A stretch of 64,000 nucleotides of DNA, from positions 2,935 through 66,934 of the forward strand of contig PFKE01000065.1 in the NCBI GenBank assembly GCA_002784145.1, given 5' to 3'. Numbering within the stretch: the first letter of the stretch is position 1; each line of letters opens with the position of its first letter. The position numbers and the translations under genes are program-made. This DNA is from Flavobacteriaceae bacterium CG_4_10_14_3_um_filter_33_47. Its GTDB lineage: Bacteria > Bacteroidota > Bacteroidia > Flavobacteriales > Flavobacteriaceae. This document shows positions 60,003 through 64,000 of the stretch, piece by piece. The notes under the pieces were generated by a model. It made no database searches and was not told where the DNA came from. It saw only the letters and a list, made by a program, of their open reading frames with translations.

Positions 60003-62228
60003 ATGTGCCTATTAAAAACGGTTTTCAATGTAAGATTGAAACAAAAATCTGTGTTTATTTTTATTCTTTTTATCTTTTTATATTCTCAAGGTTTTGCACA
60101 ACGAGGAAATTTAAAATGGTCTAATGACGGGAAGTCATATTACCGAATAGAAAATAATAACATCCTGCAATATACCCTGCCTAACAATACTTCAAAAGTA
60201 TTAATAAGTAAGGAACAGCTAACACCAACAAACAGTAAAACACCCTTAAATGTTAGCTACTTCACGTTTTCAAAAGATGAACAAAAAGTATTGATTTTTA
60301 CTAATACTAAGCGTGTATGGCGATTGAATACTAAAGGCGATTATTGGGTTTTAGACCTATCCAAAGGCGGCTTGGTTCAGCTAGGAATAGGCTTACCAGA
60401 ATCTTCTTTAATGTTTGCTAAATTTTCGCCTGATGGAAAGAAGGTAGCTTACGTAGGTGGAAATAATATTTATGTGGAAGAATTAAGCGATTCTAGTATA
60501 AAAAAACTCACCAATGATGGTTCTACAACACTTATTAACGGAACATTTGATTGGGCTTATGAAGAAGAGTTTGCTTGCAGAGATGGTTTTCGTTGGAGTC
60601 CGGACAGCAAGTCCATTGCTTATTGGCAAATAGATGCCAGCACGATTAAAAAGTTCTACATGATAAATAATACAGATGCTATTTACTCACAATTGGTGCC
60701 TTTAGAGTATCCTAAAGTGGGAGAAACACCTTCTTCATGTAAAGTTGGCGTGGTAACTGTTGAAGATGCTAAAACTACTTGGATGGATATTCCTGGTAAT
60801 CCTCAACAGCATTATATTGTTAGAATGGAATACATTCCTGCAACTGAAAAATTACTAATTCAACAATTAAACAGAAAGCAAAACGAAAGTAAACTTTTTA
60901 TGGTTGAGCCAGAATCAGGACATTCAAAAGTCATTTATAAAGAGACCGATGAAGCTTGGGTTGATATTTATGACGAAGATTTTAAATATGATATCTATTT
61001 CACCAATGACTTTAATTGGTTAAATAATGGTGAAAGTATTCTATGGGCTACAGAAAAGGATGGCTGGCGTCATTTATATCAGGTGTCTTTACAAGGAAGA
61101 CAAGAACAGTTAATTACCAAAGGAAATTACGATTTCATTGATTTAAGTTATGTAGATACCAAAAGAGGTTATGTGTATTTTATGGCATCACCCCATAATG
61201 CCACACAAAGCTATCTTTATAAAACTAAATTAAATGGAAGTGGCACTTTACTGTTGCTTAGTCTGGAGAACTTAAAAGGAACGCATGGTTATAATGTATC
61301 ACCAACAGGAACTTATGCCATGCATACGTTTTCTAATCATTATACAAAACCCGGAAGTGAATTCATCTGGTTTTTAAATCAAAAGCCCATTAAAGCAAGT
61401 GAGAGCATTGAAGCTAAATTGGCTAGTCTTCAAGAAACACCTAAAGTAGATTTCTTTAAAATTAAAACGGTCGATGGCGTTGAAATGGATGGATGGATTG
61501 TAAAACCGACTAATTTTGACGCTACTAAAAAATATCCAGTAGTATTTTATGTGTATTCAGAACCAGCATCAACCACAGTAAATGACTCCTATGGTGTTGG
61601 TAGAAACAGAAATTACAATGGTAGTATGGCAGATGACGGGTATATTTATATCTCTTTAGACAACCGCGGAACGCCAGCACCCAAAGGCAGTAAATGGCGT
61701 AAAAGTATTTATAGAAATATAGGACGTATTAATATTCAGGATCAGGCCATGGCAGCCAAAGAAATCTTGAAATGGGATTTTGTAGACCCAGAACGCGTTG
61801 CTGTTTGGGGACACAGTGGAGGCGGTTCAGCTACTTTAAATTTAATGTTTAAGTATCCTGAAATTTATAAAACAGGTATTTCTTTAGCCGCCGTTGCAAA
61901 TCAATTAACCTATGATAATATTTATCAAGAACGTTATATGGGTTTGCCACAAGAAAATTTAGAAGATTTTGTAAATGGCTCTCCAGTAACACATGCCAAA
62001 AATTTAGAAGGAAACTTGCTGTATATTCATGGAACAGGTGATGATAATGTACATTACCAAAATGCTGAAATTTTAATTAATGAATTGGTAAAACATAACA
62101 AGCAATTTCAGTTTATGCCATATCCAAACCGTACGCATGGCATTAGAGAAGGTGAAGGAACTTCTGAGCATTTAAGAACCTTATATACTAACTTTTTAAA
62201 AACCTATTGTCCACCAGGAGGAAAATAA
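60003..62228 (+). CDS. S9B dipeptidyl-peptidase IV family protein
   Basis: DWAYEEE, WGHSGGG (Ser), GTGDDNVH (Asp), RTHGI (His). Confidence 0.93.
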   Translation: MCLLKTVFNVRLKQKSVFIFILFIFLYSQGFAQRGNLKWSNDGKSYYRIENNNILQYTLPNNTSKVLISKEQLTPTNSKTPLNVSYFTFSKDEQKVLIFTNTKRVWRLNTKGDYWVLDLSKGGLVQLGIGLPESSLMFAKFSPDGKKVAYVGGNNIYVEELSDSSIKKLTNDGSTTLINGTFDWAYEEEFACRDGFRWSPDSKSIAYWQIDASTIKKFYMINNTDAIYSQLVPLEYPKVGETPSSCKVGVVTVEDAKTTWMDIPGNPQQHYIVRMEYIPATEKLLIQQLNRKQNESKLFMVEPESGHSKVIYKETDEAWVDIYDEDFKYDIYFTNDFNWLNNGESILWATEKDGWRHLYQVSLQGRQEQLITKGNYDFIDLSYVDTKRGYVYFMASPHNATQSYLYKTKLNGSGTLLLLSLENLKGTHGYNVSPTGTYAMHTFSNHYTKPGSEFIWFLNQKPIKASESIEAKLASLQETPKVDFFKIKTVDGVEMDGWIVKPTNFDATKKYPVVFYVYSEPASTTVNDSYGVGRNRNYNGSMADDGYIYISLDNRGTPAPKGSKWRKSIYRNIGRINIQDQAMAAKEILKWDFVDPERVAVWGHSGGGSATLNLMFKYPEIYKTGISLAAVANQLTYDNIYQERYMGLPQENLEDFVNGSPVTHAKNLEGNLLYIHGTGDDNVHYQNAEILINELVKHNKQFQFMPYPNRTHGIREGEGTSEHLRTLYTNFLKTYCPPGGK

Positions 62229-62381
62229 AAATTTTTAAAAGGATAAAAAACTCAGTATTCAAAAGTAATTATCAACATTCCAACACCACATAATCAGCAT
62301 TATGAGATAATTAAAAAATAAATATTAACTTTGGAAAACTAGGCTAGTGCTTTTCATAGGATACCGTGTTGTGGTTTGTAT

Positions 62382-62789
62382 TTAATTAGTCAAGTAATTT
62401 GGTTCTAATTCTATTATTGAATCTTTTTTTACTAAAAAAACTGTTTTTTTATTAAAATACTTTGCCAATTCCCAATCGTCAAATACTTTTTTACCTTTAA
62501 TACATTTTCTGATTTCTTTTGAATTAAGCAATTTTTTTAAGTTGATATAACTTTTGGTTCGAACTTTTTTATTTAAACTCTTTTCAATCAAATAAAAAGC
62601 ATCTTCTGAATTCACATCTTCTTTAAAATAATAATAAGTGTATTTTTCAATAGGGTGTATTTTTTTTATCAAAAATGTTTTATCGTATTTTATAAATATA
62701 GTGTCCTTTATATTCGTTTGTGCTTGAATTTTTGAAAATAAGCATAGTGTTATAAGTGTTAAAAAAACAATTTTTATTTTATTGCGCAT
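62382..62789 (-). CDS. small secreted hypothetical protein
   Basis: Sec signal peptide ending AQ, Lys-rich mature part; overlaps the upstream gene's stop by 11 nt. Confidence 0.7.
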   Translation of the reverse strand: MRNKIKIVFLTLITLCLFSKIQAQTNIKDTIFIKYDKTFLIKKIHPIEKYTYYYFKEDVNSEDAFYLIEKSLNKKVRTKSYINLKKLLNSKEIRKCIKGKKVFDDWELAKYFNKKTVFLVKKDSIIELEPNYLTN

Positions 62790-64000
62790 TATTACAATCT
62801 TTAGTTAATACATCTATATCTAACTCTACAGTTTCTAGCTGTTCTATTTTATCGAGATCAATATCTTTGTAGGCTTCAACGTTATGCTCTTTTAATCCTC
62901 TCCAAGCAAGAGCCTCATAAAATAAATCTGTTGGTTCGTGTCCGTTATAATTTGTGTATTTCTCATAATCAGATTTCAGTACATTTTTATGGAAGGCCTT
63001 TAAAGCATCTCTCATAGAGTTTACATATAAGTAACCCATTGTTTGATGTGCTGTCGTCGCAAGTTCATCTTTAAACTGTTCTTTATATTTATTGTAAGTA
63101 TCTTGAAAATTTAAAATTTCTGGATTTGTTTTATCTTCTTCAGTAAGTAGTTTCCTGTAAATATCTGCGTGGATATATTCATGGAGTATTGTTTTGGCGG
63201 TCTCAATGGCAGACATTGAACTTACTGAAGAACTGCTTATCTCAATGATTATTTCATTATTGGAATTTGGACTATGGGTTTGACCCTTATCATTGCCACC
63301 TGATGGACTTATTAATTCACTCGCAGATTTTATTATAATGTCAAACTCAGAATCGTCACCATCAAAATTATTAAGTAAACTTTGAATAAAATCATTTCCA
63401 TTTTCAGTTAGCAAATTATCTATACATTTTTCTTTACCTGTAAGACCTGAAGCATCAATTTTATCATATAAGCTATCAACACAATTTCCATTAGCATCAG
63501 GAAAATACCCATCAGGGCAATTGCTAATTTCCTCGCTAATAAAAGCCAGTTCGGGATTATCTTTTGTGTCATATTTGTTGCCTATTTTTTTATAGATACC
63601 CTCTCCGTTGGGCGAATAGGAATCCATTTCGGTATCAGGGAAGCCTCCTGATGTTGTAGAACAGATAGTTTCTGAACCATACCCTGTTATTTGTCTACCT
63701 GCATATTCATAAAGAATATTATCGTAATCATCAATGTAAATGTTGTAATATTCTACATAGTATGTGGTTGTATAAACTACACAGTCTGGCTCATCCAATC
63801 TAGCAAAAGTTCCAGATGAAGATTTCTTCTTTTGTTTTATAGGCGAGTATTCGGTTACTTTACCATTGTCAAGCTTTTTTGTGTAAACGATGTTGTTGCC
63901 AATATCAATTAATTGTATGATACCTGAGAAGCTTTCTGTGTTTGTGAATGAAACATCTGAATCTATAATACTTTTGTCTGAAATGTCAATTTTTTGATAG
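62779..64000 (-). CDS. large hypothetical protein with C-terminal HExxH metallopeptidase-like domain (5' end outside the window)
   Basis: ILHEYIHA and LAWRGL motifs. The frame stays open upstream of the track's TTG at 63798 (...IVYTKKLDNGKVTEYSPIKQKKKSSSGTFARLDEPDC). Confidence 0.75.
   Translation of the reverse strand, partial: YQKIDISDKSIIDSDVSFTNTESFSGIIQLIDIGNNIVYTKKLDNGKVTEYSPIKQKKKSSSGTFARLDEPDCVVYTTTYYVEYYNIYIDDYDNILYEYAGRQITGYGSETICSTTSGGFPDTEMDSYSPNGEGIYKKIGNKYDTKDNPELAFISEEISNCPDGYFPDANGNCVDSLYDKIDASGLTGKEKCIDNLLTENGNDFIQSLLNNFDGDDSEFDIIIKSASELISPSGGNDKGQTHSPNSNNEIIIEISSSSVSSMSAIETAKTILHEYIHADIYRKLLTEEDKTNPEILNFQDTYNKYKEQFKDELATTAHQTMGYLYVNSMRDALKAFHKNVLKSDYEKYTNYNGHEPTDLFYEALAWRGLKEHNVEAYKDIDLDKIEQLETVELDIDVLTKDCNNAQ

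Noticed and set aside
62229-62381. Possible ncRNA or terminator between the S9 peptidase and the convergent hypothetical gene
   Set aside because: Only weak partial complementarity (caacaccaca / gtgttgtgg) and no convincing stem with a U tract.

Overview
An AT-rich Bacteroidota chromosomal segment, most likely Flavobacteriaceae (gldB/gldC, xrtF, fused ccoNO, TAnnTTTG promoters). In order it holds: a cbb3-type oxidase cluster with a divergent Fnr-type regulator; a VWA/AAA+ pair; two peptidases; a MarR-led beta-oxidation operon; ppdK; purL; a GH130 + GMC oxidoreductase cluster; dnaG; an atypical response regulator; nadE; gldBC; a signal-peptide-bearing peptide deformylase; the mre/rod operon; purH; the XrtF system; a copper/heavy-metal efflux cluster; an S9 peptidase; and a truncated HExxH protein with a small partner. 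I found no rRNA, tRNA, CRISPR array, integrase or transposase. Strongest non-obvious signals: (1) four ATGAY-N4-RTCAN boxes, each exactly 22 nt upstream of a Bacteroidetes -7 element, linking ccoS-NOQP, ccoI, ppdK and the metal-efflux cluster into one putative Fnr regulon; (2) a Cys/Pro-rich HYC_CC_PP leader ORF followed by mutually exclusive hairpins before cusA, suggesting metal-responsive translational control; (3) a peptide deformylase with a lipoprotein signal; (4) two intergenic heptamer-repeat elements with the same architecture. Product names come from motif recognition and family knowledge; no database search was run.
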